Of a stretch of 64,000 bases of DNA, positions 1-12,432 are shown piece after piece. Within the stretch, counting starts at the first letter, position 1, and every line of letters starts with the position of its first letter. The notes beneath the pieces are model-generated. The model worked only from the letters and a program-made list of their open reading frames with translations, was not told the origin of the DNA and ran no database searches. The stretch is taken from the NCBI GenBank assembly GCA_951406725.2, contig OX597815.1, positions 182,156,001 to 182,220,000 of the forward strand. The letters are read 5' to 3'. Source of the DNA: Octopus vulgaris (taxonomy: Eukaryota). Made by a program: the position numbers and the translations under genes.

Positions 1-526
1 AATATTTCCAAAAAGAGCAAATGTGTAATACTTTTAGCAATATATAGATCTATACTTTAACACTTAGGTTATTTTAGCTCCTCGCATTATGGTTATTTTA
101 CCCTCATTCTTCCATTGATTTTCCCCTCATTAAGGAATCAATAGAAATTATGATGTCAAAATGGCAGCATAATGCATTGTAATTCATAGCCTTTTGATAG
201 ATTGAATCCTACTAAACTTCTGTCTGCTCTTTTATCTTTCTTCAAATCATAAATCTTCTTATCTTCATTTAAACTCTGATATAAGTACCTTTACATCTTT
301 TAACTTCAACATTAAAACAGTTCAGACTATTGATTACATTTGAATATGCTCTCAACTAATTTTACAGGGCAAAACAAGAAGAATCAATGAAGTCACCATC
401 AGTATGTTACGAGAACGAGAGTTATTGGAGTTTGAAGATTAAAAAAAACAAACGAAAATTATAGCAAGCGGGATTTGAACCCAGAAACTAAACACGGAAC
501 CCAGAAACTTGAAACTTCAATTTTTT

Positions 527-933
527 TCCTGCCCACAAAAGGATAAACATAGAGGGGACAAACAAGGACAGACAAATGGATTAAGTCGATTACATCGACC
601 CCAGTGCATAACTGGTACTTAATTTATCGACCCCGAAAGGATGTAAGTCAAAGTCGACCTCGGCGGAATTTGAACTCAGAACGTAGCGGCAATAGAAATA
701 CCTATTTCTTTACTACCCACAAGGAGCTAAACACAGAGAGGACAAACAAGGACAGACAATGGGATTAAGTCGATTAGATTGACAGCAGTGCGTAACTGGT
801 ACTTAATTTATCGATCCCGAAAGGATGAAAGGCTAAGTCGACCTCGGCGGAATTTGAACTCAGAACGTAACGGCAGACGAAATACGGCTAAGCATTTCGC
901 CCGGTATGCTAACGTTTCTGCCAGCTCGCCGCC
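527..933 (-). mobile_element. SINE family A dimer (tRNA-derived)
   Basis: Reverse complement reads GGCGGCGAGCTGGCAGAAACGTTAGC...GAGTTCAAATTCCGCCGAGGTCGAC (A/B-box-like head); the body is present twice. Confidence 0.85.
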
Positions 934-2095
934 TTCAAGGCATTTAATTTTGCCGACACAATATCCTCAAATTGAACAGAATATTAATCATGACTCTTTT
1001 TGTATTTACTTCCACATGTTTTGATTAATAATCTCTGGTTGTTTTCTGGGGAGATATTTTGAATATGGCACTTGATGAGGTTAATATTCCAATCAATCTT
1101 GACTACACTCATTTTAACTCATCTAAAAAACATAAACATGTAATTTTTCAACCTTCTTAGGTTATGGTTTATAGGCATTATGTCATTCAATAAAAGCTGA
1201 CTTCATGTCAAATCATAAAAAGAAACAATTTTTTCTCATCTATTCCCATAAAAAAAACCCAGTTAAAGTAGTCCTAAGCCAATCACAATATTTCAGATTG
1301 TATTCTGTGTTTCCTGATTTTTTGTTTTTCTTATTTTTTTTCTATTCATAGTTTGATAAAACCTTGTGTTTCAGAATGAGAAGAAAAAAAATGAATAGCT
1401 AAATTCAGGATTTAAGTCAGAAAGTTGTTGAGATTGTACAACAATAAAAGACCAAGAAAGGAAACGCATTTAAAAAATTTCTCAGGCAATTAACTCCGCA
1501 AGGATGATTGTGAAATGTTTAAGGTTGACGTCCACTTTGCCAGTGCTGCGGGCAATAAAATATATATCAGACAAACTTCTGGCACTTGTTATACATGCCT
1601 AAAACACTTGACTGTGACATCTCAACAAAACAACACTCGAATGACTGAAACCAGTAAAAGAATAACACATCCATTTTCGTTGCTGGTATGGGTTGTATAA
1701 GCCATTTTGTTAGTTGTTAGTAGGCGTTACTGAGCCTCTAGACTGATCAGAAGAGCATACGATGCTCGTACTTTCCATTTTGATATGATTTCCATAACTG
1801 GATACCTTTCCTCACAGCGGTCATTATACAGAGAGCATTGCATGGATGTTATCAAGAAATTGACAGTCGACGGCTTGTTATATCATTGTCCAGAATAATG
1901 AGTGCTCTCAACCATATGTTATCTTCAAGCATCCACTAACGGCCTTATGGTATAGATAGTAAGAGAAAGTGATGGATATCAAAACAAGTGGCCCAAGGTA
2001 AAAGGAAATTAATACCTGGCAGCATTGAAATGGTGACGATAAAGTTTATCCGCTATGAACAGAACCGATATCCTTCTTCAGAGGTAATTTGACGG

Positions 2096-2131
<36 letters not shown>

Positions 2132-2430
2132 TTCCGCAGAGAGTGTAGTCTCTGCTATACCAACAGACCGAGTGGTCATGGCCGGAAGACATATCATGAC
2201 TTATTTAATGGCAAACAACGACAAATAAATTCATGTCTAAATTAGATTAATATTCATTTATCACCATGACGATTGCTACAAATTTCTGGAGAGAGATGTT
2301 TGATGGAACCATCTCTAATATATATTTGTCACTAATTCTACTGACATTGGACAGACTGAAGGTAAAGATGATGTACGTGCAATCGGAACCATTTGAATAT
2401 TGTCATTGCAGCGAATAAATAACCGTTAAA

Positions 2431-2866
2431 AGGCGGCGAGCTGGCAGAAACGTTAGCACGCCGGGCGAAATGCTAAGCGGTATTTCGTCTGCCGCTACGT
2501 TCTGAGTTCAAATTCCGTCGAGGTCGACTTTGCCTTTCATCCTTTCGGGTTCGATTAAATAAGTACCAGTTACGCACTGGGGTCGATATAATCGACTTAA
2601 TCCGTTTGTCTGTCCTTGTTTGTCCTCTCTGTGTTTAGCCCTTTGTGGGTAGTAAAGAAATAAGAAACGTTAGCATGCCGGGTGAAATGCTTACCGGCAT
2701 CTCGTCCGGCTTTACGTTCTGAGTTCAAATTCCGCTGAGGTCGACTTTGTCTTTCATCCTTTCGGGGTCGATAAATTAAGTACCAGTTACGCACCGGGGT
2801 CGATCTAATTGACTGGCCCACTCCCCGAAAATTAAAATTTCGAGCCTTGCACCTAGAGTAGAAGAG
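2431..2866 (+). mobile_element. SINE family A heterodimer (two different tails)
   Basis: Full head at 2431; first unit ends TGTGGGTAGTAAAGAAATA, second ends GAGCCTTGCACCTAGAGTAGAAG; imperfect TSD AATAAATAAC(C/T)GTTA. Confidence 0.85.
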
Positions 2867-2949
2867 AATAAATAACTGTTATAATGAATAAATGGTATTG
2901 TGGCATATCTTACTTTTATCATTCATTGATTGCCAGTAATTTATTAGTC

Positions 2950-3345
2950 GTTAGATTGTGGCCATACTGGGGCACTGCCTTAAAAAATTTTAGTCGAACT
3001 AATCAACTGCAGTACTTCTTTCTATATCAAGTCTGGTATTTATTCTACCGGTGTCTTTTGCCGAACAGCTGGTTTACGAGGACGCAAACACACCAACACC
3101 GGTTGGCAAGCAGTGGTGGGGGAGAAACACAGACAGATAGACACACACTCACGCTTACACCCCCCACATACTCACACACATACGACGGGCTTCTTTCAGT
3201 TTCTATCCACCAAATCCTACGCACAAGGCTTTGGTTGATACAACGCTATAGTAGAAGACATTTGCCCAAGGTGCCACGCAGTGGGACTGAACTCGGGACC
3301 ACGTGGCTGGGAAGCAAGCGCCTTACCACACAGCCACGCCTGCAC
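2950..3345 (-). mobile_element. SINE family B (tRNA-derived, internal microsatellite)
   Basis: Reverse complement contains GGCTGTGTGGTAAG...GAGTTCAGTCCCACTGCGTGGCACCTTGGGCAAATGTCTTCTACTATAG; homologous to other copies in the window. Confidence 0.75.
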
Positions 3346-3451
3346 CTGTCTATATCATCATCAGAATATTTTACATCAAAACCCATAAATCTATATTTTA
3401 GCAATGCAGCATCTTCTACATCACATGTATAACCAAGATTTTGAAAAATTC

Positions 3452-3810
3452 TTTTATTCTTGTATTTGTTTCAGTCATTTGACTGCGGGCATGCTGGAGC
3501 ACTGCCTTTAGTCGAGCAAATCGACCCCAGGACTTATTTTCTGTAAGCCTGGTACTTATTCTAGCGGTCTCTTTTGCCGAACCGCTAAGTTACGGGGACG
3601 TAAACACAGACGCACAAACATACACACGCACACAAATATATACACACACACATATACGCCGAGCTTCTTTCAGTTTTCGTCTACCAAATCGACTCACAAG
3701 GCTTTGGTCGACCCGAGGCTATAGTAGAAGACACTTGCCCAAGGTGCCAGGTAGTGGGACTGAACCCGGTAGCATGTGGTTGGTAAGCAAGCTACTGACC
3801 GCACAGCCAA
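3452..3810 (-). mobile_element. SINE family B
   Basis: Same head, CCTTGGGCAAGTGTCTTC core and CAGTCAAATGACTGAAACA tail as the 17935-18365 copy. Confidence 0.8.
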
Positions 3811-4044
3811 ACAAAAATATTATATTTAACATTAAGAAAATTGGGAGAGATGGAAAGAGGCAGCACTCTACCACTAGAAATGATTTGGGTGGAGAAATCG
3901 CTGAACATGTCGGGTGTGTACACCCAGAAGACACATACTTCTTGTGTTGCACTTTCTGGTCACTTTAACATGCATCGATTGGAGATGTGAGAGACACCAT
4001 TACAAAATAACAACTTCACAGTTATTTACGTCTACAATAGTTTA

Positions 4045-4441
4045 AGGCGGCGAGCTGGCAGAAACGTTAGCACGCCGGGTGAAATGCGTAGCCGTATTTC
4101 GTCTGTCGCTACGTTGTGAGTTCAAATTCCGCCGAGGTCCACTTTGCCTTTCATCCTTTCGGGGTCGATAAATTAAGTTGATGTAAACGACTTAATCCGT
4201 TTGTCTGACCTTATTTTCCCCCCTCTGTGTTTAGCCCATTGTGGGTAGTAAAGAAATAGGTATTTCGTCTGCCGTTACGTTCTGAGTTCAAAGTCCGCCG
4301 GGGTCGACTTTGCCTTTCATCCTTTCGCTGTCGATAAATCAAGTACTAGTTACGTACTGGGGTCGATATAATCGGCTTAATCCGTTTGTCTGTCCTTGTT
4401 TGTTCCCTCTGTGTTTAGCCCATTGTGGGTAGTAAAGAAAT
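4045..4441 (+). mobile_element. SINE family A dimer
   Basis: Head GGCGGCGAGCTGGC; perfect 14-bp TSD TCTACAATAGTTTA at 4031-4044 and 4445-4458. Confidence 0.9.
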
Positions 4442-5266
4442 ATATCTACAATAGTTTATGTAGAATTGAGTATCCTCGCCACCATCGCCACCATGTAGCT
4501 TTTAATTAGAAGGATGATATTCATCATTGTATTGATGATTAGCATCCTTCATCAACAGCATACACTTCTAGGCATAATTGCTAAGATGCTTCTGTACCTT
4601 TGGGAAATAACAAACATATTAGAAATAGATTCCTGATACTTTCTTCAGTGAGCATAAATCTATAAATATCCAGAAGAAATACTTCGTAAATTAATGCATT
4701 TCCCAAAGACGTTTGCAGTTGGAAATGAAACTCAGGTAATGAAATCATTCTTGTGACAATTTATTTCAGTTATATCTCAGTTATAGCTGTTTGTTTGAAA
4801 CATGTATCACTGACAGTTTGTTTTATAACTAAAGTTGAAGTGATGGATAATCTAATTTAATCACCTTTCTATCCGATTCCAAGTACATTCAATTAGGTTT
4901 CATTTAACATCTATTTTCATGCAAGATCCAGGGGTTCGTAAGTAATTGATTTGTTTTGCCTCTTACACTGAGTCTTTATTCAGATGTGAGGTAAAGGTAT
5001 GTAGCAGAGCATAAGTTACTGAACCAGATAGACAGGCGTTTCTTTTCCAGCGTGTAGGTTTAACGGTAACGCTCATGAGGGCTATGCAATAAATTATGAA
5101 GCCGTGAAGTGTGTGGTAAGTATTCAAGACGAGAAGTCATGATATCAAACTGAATTTTCACAGTTAAAGCAATAGTTGAACTCTGTCAGACTTTTACATA
5201 TTAGATTCAGTCAACCAGATTCATGACAATAAGAAATATAAAACGTAATTACTAATTATTTTACTA

Positions 5267-5448
5267 CAGTTCTATATTTAAGAGATGAGGAATTATGTAC
5301 AGTATTTACATTATTTACATTTCACGGATATTTGTCCTCATTTTGTTTGTTGTTAACACAACGCTTCGCCTGATATACCTTCCAGCTTTCATCAGGTGTC
5401 TTGGGGGAAATTTCGAACCTGGGTTCTCATTCCTAAGGTAATTTTCGA

Positions 5449-5489
<41 letters not shown>

Positions 5490-5560
5490 TCACTACCTGA
5501 GATCGAACTCGGAATGTTGGGGTTCGTAGTCCGCGCTCTTAACCACTACGCGATATGTCC
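5267..5560 (-). mobile_element. tRNA-headed SINE-like element with hammerhead-containing tail (family H)
   Basis: Minus strand: tRNA-like head GCGTAGTGGTTAAGAGCGCGG...GAGTTCGATC, then (AAT)n, then a tail containing CTGATGA...GAAGCGTT; the tail recurs at 33500, 34192 and 34630. Confidence 0.75.
5355..5400 (-). ncRNA. minimal hammerhead ribozyme motif, mutated (GAAG for GAAA)
   Basis: GACAC-CTGATGA-AAGCTGG..TCAGGC-GAAG-CGTT-GTGTT; homologous to the intact copy at 34271-34316. Confidence 0.6.
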
Positions 5561-5563
5561 GTG

Positions 5564-5665
5564 GGCGTAGTGGTTAAGAGCGCGGACTACTACCGTATGG
5601 CGTAGTGGTTAAGAGCGTGGGCTACTAACCCCAAGATTCTGAGTTCGATTCCAGACAGTCAGCTG

Positions 5666-5670
<5 letters not shown>
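5564..5670 (+). mobile_element. inverted, partly duplicated tRNA-like head of family H
   Basis: A-box TGGCGTAGTGG 5598-5608 and B-box GAGTTCGATTC 5641-5651, head-to-head with the minus-strand copy. Confidence 0.7.
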
Positions 5671-5821
<151 letters not shown>

Positions 5822-6814
5822 GCTGAATGGAAAAGGCTCCAAAGATGTCATATTTGTAGAAGATTTTATAAGGAATCGAGTTCCAGATTGTTGGTTCTCA
5901 TACCTTTAGATTTTACACTCTTGTCAGCACGGATACTCTCTGGTCAAGAAACCCTGTTATGAAATAATAACACGCTTGTTAAAATGCATAAGATTACAAG
6001 ACTGTTCAAATTGTTAAAGTTTGTATGATTATCTTAATGTCCTACTTTCAGTTACTATACTGGTAAACCTTCTAAAAATAAACCAACAGATTTCTTAAAT
6101 AATTGCCATCCCCATTGGAATTCTTACCAACCCATTAGTTCACAAGCATTTTCACTACCTTTTTTACACTTAAATTATACAGATCTTATTAGAATAATTA
6201 TAGAGAATTGTTCTAAACATTTCCGAACCAATAGTTTTTGCAAAGATGATCTATCATTAAGCTTGGAGCCTGAAAGCAATAAATTGAAAAGATGTATGTA
6301 ATGGCAGCATGCAACCCGATCATATAGGATGCTCGAAATATCTTTATTCTATGTGCAACATAATTATAAAAAAGATATTTTGATTTAGCATATTTTACTT
6401 TTAAATCCAAAATATGTGGTGGTATTCCAATTTGCTTACAAAAGGTTTACCTACATTTCTGAAAAAAAAAAAAAGTAATATTTATCTTTTTATGATGAAA
6501 TGTTGATATATATACTATAACTTTTATATGTTCAAAGTGAATAAAATGTATGCTTCATATTGGAATTATTGAATATAAAATGAAATTTAAATTTACAAGT
6601 TACTATTTTCAACACAAATCTTACCATATAGTTTACTAAGACAGCAATAAATTTTACTTAAATAAAGTTTTTATTGATATAAATTTATGGCAGTGAATAT
6701 GAGCTTCTTATTCTTTGCGTTTATTTGTAAAGCTATTTCTGTTTGAAATGCCTTTCCATAGAAAGATGTGTTCTACGAATTCTTACTTCAAAAGGGATAT
6801 ATATATATATATAT

Positions 6815-7035
6815 CTTCGTAGAAGAGAGTGTAATTCGGTAGGAGGACTTAAACGACATGCAAAGGTACATGAAACCCAGTTACAACTACAGCCGGCTAT
6901 TACCGGTAAAGGTATTAGTTGCCAATTCTGTACAAGACATTGTAGATCTTTAGCTGGGCTAAAAAGTCACATTCGATCACAGCACCAGTAACAGTTAAGC
7001 TTCGTGCAATGGCCATACTCGATAACGAGGGGGCA

Positions 7036-7039
<4 letters not shown>
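6815..7039 (+). mobile_element. 3' end of RTE-like LINE (C2H2-type zinc motifs)
   Basis: Translation ECNSVGGLKRHAKVH...CQFCTRHCRSLAGLKSHIRSQH*, short hairpin 3' UTR, flanked by (TA)n. Confidence 0.6.
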
Positions 7040-7065
<26 letters not shown>

Positions 7066-7071
<6 letters not shown>

Positions 7072-7277
7072 GAGGGAATATTATTCCAAACTTACAGGAC
7101 GAAACACGTGTCGTTATTCTACTAAATATATACGTTTTATTTATCATTTTGCACATTACTTAATCATTGTTATATGTTTTATCTTATGTTTAATCTTTCT
7201 ATAATATGTAATTTTTCTAAATGCTATAATTTAATTTTTCATTATTGAATTGATAAAAGGTGTTTTATTTTCTAATT
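7066..7277 (+). mobile_element. truncated Penelope-type non-coding fragment with 3' half of a hammerhead
   Basis: GACGAAACACGTGTC at about 7098-7112 (GAAA, palindromic stem III, UC); both ends recur joined together at 16842-16907. Confidence 0.45.
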
Positions 7278-7278
7278 C

Positions 7279-7318
<40 letters not shown>

Positions 7319-7319
<1 letters not shown>

Positions 7320-7600
7320 GAGGCGCAATGGCCTAGTGGACTCGCGGTCGGAGGATCGCGGTTTCGATTCCCAGACCGGGCGTTGTGTGTGTTTATTAAG
7401 CGAAAACACCTAAAAGCTCCACGAGGCTCCGGCAGGGGGTGGTGATCCCTGCTGCACTCTTTCACCAGTCTTTCTTCTGTTGGCCTGCTCGCTTAGCCAG
7501 TGGGATTGCGTCGTTCGAAGGCTAAAACAATGCGAACGCATTGTGACCAGCGATGAGTAGCAACATCTGATGGTCTGGTCGGTCACGTGATGGTGATGAT
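7319..7600 (+). mobile_element. SINE family C (tRNA-derived)
   Basis: Head GGAGGCGCAATGGCCTAGTGG...GGTTTCGATTCCCAGACCGGG; near-identical to 31840-32152. Confidence 0.8.
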
Positions 7601-7678
7601 ACATATATATATATATAGCGAAATGTTAGCACCACGCAGTGATTAGGCAAAAGCAAAATTATTTAAGGCTAGTTAGAA

Positions 7679-8030
7679 TATGTTTGTGACATATTTGCTA
7701 AAAGGCAAATTCACTGCAGTTACTGCGGACAAAAATGTCTTTCTTATACTAAAAGATGGTGTGAAAACACCCTGTGTGTTTAGTGTCGCCATCTATCAGA
7801 AATCCCAGACATCGATGTTTCGAGTTTTTTTACTCTTAGGCACAGTCCATTGACAAGAGTAAAAAAAAAAAGCCAGAAGCATTGGTGTCTGGGATTTCTG
7901 ATAAATAGGCGACACTAAACCAACCGGTTGTTTTCAAACCTTTTTTTCTTTTTTAACATAAGGGAGATATTTTCTCCATGGTAACTGCAGGGAATTAGCT
8001 TTTTAGCAGTTGAAATATGTCACAAAGATA
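7679..8030. mobile_element. fold-back (inverted-repeat) element with split hammerhead, Penelope-like
   Basis: Diverged arms about 7679-7837 and 7855-8030 (TTTAGTGTCGCC/GGCGACACTAAA, ATCAGAAATCCCAGACA/TGTCTGGGATTTCTGAT). Confidence 0.7.
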
Positions 8031-8053
8031 TTATAACTAACCTAAAATTTGTG

Positions 8054-8099
<46 letters not shown>

Positions 8100-8100
<1 letters not shown>

Positions 8101-8214
8101 CAGAATAAGCACATAAATGCGAAATAAGGTGGACAAAAAAATACTCGAGTACCCGAGGTAGAGTAAAACTATCTGACGAACGGGAACATGAAATTCTGAG
8201 AAAAGTTGCAGATA
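8100..8214 (+). mobile_element. short non-coding fragment with degenerate hammerhead-like motif
   Basis: CTGACGA-ACG-GGAA-CAT-GAAA at 8173-8193, inserted in (TA)n; stems I and III are imperfect. Confidence 0.4.
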
Positions 8215-8238
8215 ATATATATATATATATATGTATGC

Positions 8239-8272
<34 letters not shown>

Positions 8273-8384
8273 GCATATGTTTATATATATATGTGTGTAT
8301 GCATGTATGTATGTATGTATGTATGAATATATATACAGTTGCATATATAAACATATCTATGTAATATACATACAAACATATATA

Positions 8385-8600
8385 TGAGGGGGTGCTGAAA
8401 AGTTTCTGAATCTGGGTAAAAGAAAGTAGAGGAGGCTCAGTTAACTATGATTTTATCCAGAATATTCTCCTCTCCGATTCACACACTTATTACGGTGGTC
8501 TTTCAGTTTTTCTAAGCCCTGTAAGAGATCTCAGATGGTTTGGCTTTCAACTAGGCCTTTCGTCATACCCTTAAACCCAAGAACTTTTCATCACCCCTCG
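8385..8600. mobile_element. Tc1/mariner-type MITE
   Basis: TIRs TGAGGGGGTGCTGAAAAGTT and AACTTTTCATCACCCCTCG flanked by TA; no coding capacity. Confidence 0.75.
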
Positions 8601-9169
8601 TACATATTTATACGTGTGTGTATGTGTATTCTTATGCATGTGTGTGTATGTATGTCTCCAGAAAAATATAATAAAAATGTATTTTAAAAAACTATATTGA
8701 TTGGGCAAAATTATTTCATATTAGCGGGACCCATGAGTATTTCACAGAATTAATAGTAAACCTACTGGATTATTTCTGAAAACTTTATCCAAAAAACCTG
8801 AAAGCGCAGCCTGTGGTGTGTCTGTATGAAAAGACAGTCGCTCATCTGCTATTCATTGAAAAATGAAGGAAATTGAAATACGATGATTATTTAATGCACT
8901 TTATATATACAATTTATATATTTTAGGCACAATTTTATCGACTTAATACACATCACTCATAAAATAAATATTCATTCTTATTTTTCCATTTTTCCATAAA
9001 CAAAAAATATCGCGTATATTTGATACATCCTTTAGTTAAATTGAATATATCTGCCTCGTAAATAAGAGTGAATATTTCACAGAATTGCACTTATGCGCAT
9101 GCGTTCAGTGAAAGGTGATATATAAAAAAACTTAGTTCAATTAACAAGAATACACTTTTTACTATCGAA

Positions 9170-9630
9170 TCACCATCGCCACCACCAACTCCACCACCAC
9201 TACCACCACCACCACCATCTCTCTCTACCCTTATCTCTCTCCCTCCTCTCTTCCTCTCTCTCCCCTCTCTGTCTTTCTTTAACTTCACCATCAGAACATC
9301 ACCCCTCTGCTAAAATTATTACGTACCCCTTATCTCATATCATGGACACTTTTCTCTCCTACTTTTCTCTCTCCGTCTTTTTCTCTCTTTCTTCTTCTTG
9401 CTGTCTCACTTTTCACCTTATTCTCTTTTTCTCTCTCCTTTTTCTTTCTCCTCTCTTTCCATTTTTCTCCTCTTTCTTTTCAACTAATCCCGTGAAAGCG
9501 TTACAATCACATTCCCTCTACCTCACATCATATACGCTTCTCTCTCCCTCCTTTTCTCCCTCCTTTTCCCCCCCTCCTTTTCTCCCCCCTCCTTTTCTCC
9601 CTCCCTCTTTTCTTTCTCCCTCTATATCTC
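9170..9630. repeat. low-complexity (CCA)n and CT-rich tract
   Basis: Direct reading. Confidence 0.8.
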
Positions 9631-11702
9631 TTAGAACGCGAAAGCGTTACAGACGGGATAAGTAACGGAATGACAAGCAGAATTATCATAAGATTCTGTT
9701 ATGGGAGGATCTTTCAGAAAGATATTCTCCGGATTGCAATCCAACATCCTTAGTATTCTATCATTTAATGCTGTTTACATGACAAACAGCATTTAGTCAG
9801 TTGTTATTTAATTTTGTCCTTAATTACTTATATAATTTCTATTATTAATAATGTTCTTATATTCAAAATAATTAGGTCGTTTGCAAGAAAATTATATTTA
9901 ATTAGAAAATATCCGATAACGCACGACTGTAATGCTTAACGGATTTTAACGAATTCCTTTAATTGTAATTAATAGTGGCTTGCTATGTAAACGTTTTCGA
10001 CAAATTGCAGATTATAATTAACAAGCAATAATTTAAAAGACGAGTCAATCTTCGGATAATTTATTCATAAATTAAGTATACTATAAGGACCGTAAAATCA
10101 TAATGGTACACACGTTAAAATAGGCATAAGAATGCATCACGGAAAGGATTTTGCTTGGAACTGTTAAATGAAGAACACTTATGATACACAGAGTGCTCAT
10201 TCTTGTAGGCCCAGCAATTGAAGCTGACAGTCATAATTAACCTTAGCATACTGTGGGTGCAACATGTTGCCGTATGGGTTTTCTCCCCTGTAGCAACAGG
10301 GCAGTGGCAGGGAAAAGAATTCTAGAGAAAATGCTGTGTGCTAAAGGTTGAAAAGACCACGAAGGATATGAAGAAAAGAGAGAAGTTAAGATATCTTTCA
10401 AAATAGGATACGCGCTAACCACTCGAGTGCTCACTGACTGGTTTCACCTACAATAATTACCAACTGCTAATAGGGCGAAGGAGAGCAAGGTAAATGTTCC
10501 ACGAAAGTAAAACTACAAAAGCTTAAAAATTATGGATTAGAGGCAGAAAGAATTATAACAAAGCGAAATCGAAATGAAGTAGCATAGATTCGATGTAATT
10601 TTTGTTTGTTTTACTCTATTCCATCTTTTTAACAAGCCAACTGCAGAAGTACTGAGAGCAAAACCGTTACACCTAACATTCGTTATCTAATAACTACTAA
10701 GAAAAGATAGTATAAGTATACGTCTTGTGAGAATTGTGTAAGCCATGTACGATTGTGTCTGCAATGAGATGATAGCTGCGAATTCGATGAAACTTTTAGC
10801 GTTCATGTATCAATCAGAGCTAGATTCAGAAGTCTCGCCTGTGTATTATAATTTTTCTGATTCTTTCAGAGAAGTTTAAGACCAGCAGCTTGTGGGAATG
10901 TTTGTATAGCAAAGACCTAGCTCTCGTAGTTGGAAGAACTGGGAAATGATTTCAAACATAGAAACAGTTTCTAATCGAGACGCCTTAAGGCAAATCAAAC
11001 AGAAACTAACTTTTTGGTTACAACAAAGGACATCACAAGTCTACTGCCATCTTAAAAATAGCTATGCTTAATATGAAGTAAAGAGATAGCTATGATGTCT
11101 GTAATGTGTCTTCAATGTATACAGTGGGCATACAAAAAGCACAACAACATTATGTACAAGTTGACAGAAAAGGAAGACTTTTTACGCAGCCGATGAACCG
11201 GATTACTTAATTATAAGAATACTATTTCAAATAACTAGGAAGCTTTTTAGAGGTAGCTGAATGCTTTTTGACTCAATCGTTACTGAAGGTGAGTTGTGAG
11301 AGCAGAGTCGCTAGAGTTAGAAGGAAAGAGAAGGTGAACTTCAAGGAACGATTACTACAGTTAGAACCGATGGGAAATGGGAACCTACCTCCAAAAAAAG
11401 CACAGATTAAGTATTTATGGTGTGATATTGCTTGGTCTGAAATAAAAGGCATTAAGTGCAGAGTATGTGTAAAAGGTAAGTGAAAATAAAGTGAGCCTGG
11501 TCTGCTTTATGTATAATTTTAGGAGAGAATGCGCACCATTTCGGGACCTTCCTCTCGACGGCTTTACAGAACACCGGCCTCCTCACCGATGTGAGGCCCC
11601 AGATACTAAGTAAAACATGGTTACGAAAGGAAACTTAACGGTTGCAATGGCAGGGACTAAGCTGAACCATGCATGGAATTATAATGATTGATGAGTAGGA
11701 AA

Positions 11703-11741
<39 letters not shown>

Positions 11742-11796
11742 ATGACAACGAGGATGACGGCCATGACGATGATGATGATGATACTGATGATGATGA
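11703..11796. repeat. (GAT)n microsatellite
   Basis: Direct reading; explains the poly-Met ORF. Confidence 0.9.
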
Positions 11797-11804
11797 CATT
11801 CATT

Positions 11805-12172
11805 CATCGTCGTCGTGGCGCTCCGTCGCCGACCGTTCTAGTTGATTCAAACGTGAAATTAACGTGCAAGTGGCTAAGCACTCCACAGACACGTGTACCC
11901 TTAACGTAGTTCTCGGGGGGAGATTCAGCGTGACTCAGAGTGTGACAAGGCTAGCCCCCTTTGAAATACAGGTACAACAGAAACAGGGAGAAAGAGCGAG
12001 AGAAAGTTGTGGCGAAAGTGTAAAGCAGGATTCGCCCCCACCCCTGCCGGAGCCTCGTTGTGCTTTAGATATTTCCGCTCAATAAACATTCACAACGCCC
12101 GGTCTGTGAATCGAAGCCACGATCCTACAACCGCGAGTCCGCTGCCCTAACCTCTGGGCCATTGCGCTTCCA
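11805..12172 (-). mobile_element. SINE family C, long-tail variant
   Basis: Reverse complement head GGAAGCGCAATGGCCCAGAGGTTAGGGCAGCGGACTCGCGG; the 3' part differs from the 7319 and 31840 copies. Confidence 0.8.
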
Positions 12173-12199
12173 CAAGCTATTCATTATTACTATTTTATA

Positions 12200-12432
12200 T
12201 ATTTCTTTACTACCCACAAGGGGCTAAACATAGAGGGGACAAACAAGGACAGACAAACGGATTAAGTCGATTATATCGACCCCAGTGCGTAACTGGTACT
12301 TATTTTATTGACCCCGAAAGGACGAAAGGCAAAGTCGACATCGGCGGAATTTGAACTCTGACCGTAGCGGCAGACGAAATACGGCTACGCATTTCGCCCG
12401 GCGTGCTAACAGTTCTGCCAGCTCGCAGCCTT
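12200..12432 (-). mobile_element. SINE family A monomer
   Basis: Full-length match to family A. Confidence 0.85.

Noticed and set aside
368-442. Possible terminal exon after CTAATTTTACAG (GKTRRINEVTISMLRERELLEFED*)
   Set aside because: Short, no recognisable homology, and no partner exons; such acceptors are common by chance in AT-rich DNA
5598-5665. tRNA gene
   Set aside because: A and B boxes are present, but there is no closed acceptor stem, and it is duplicated and embedded in a repeat; treated as a SINE head
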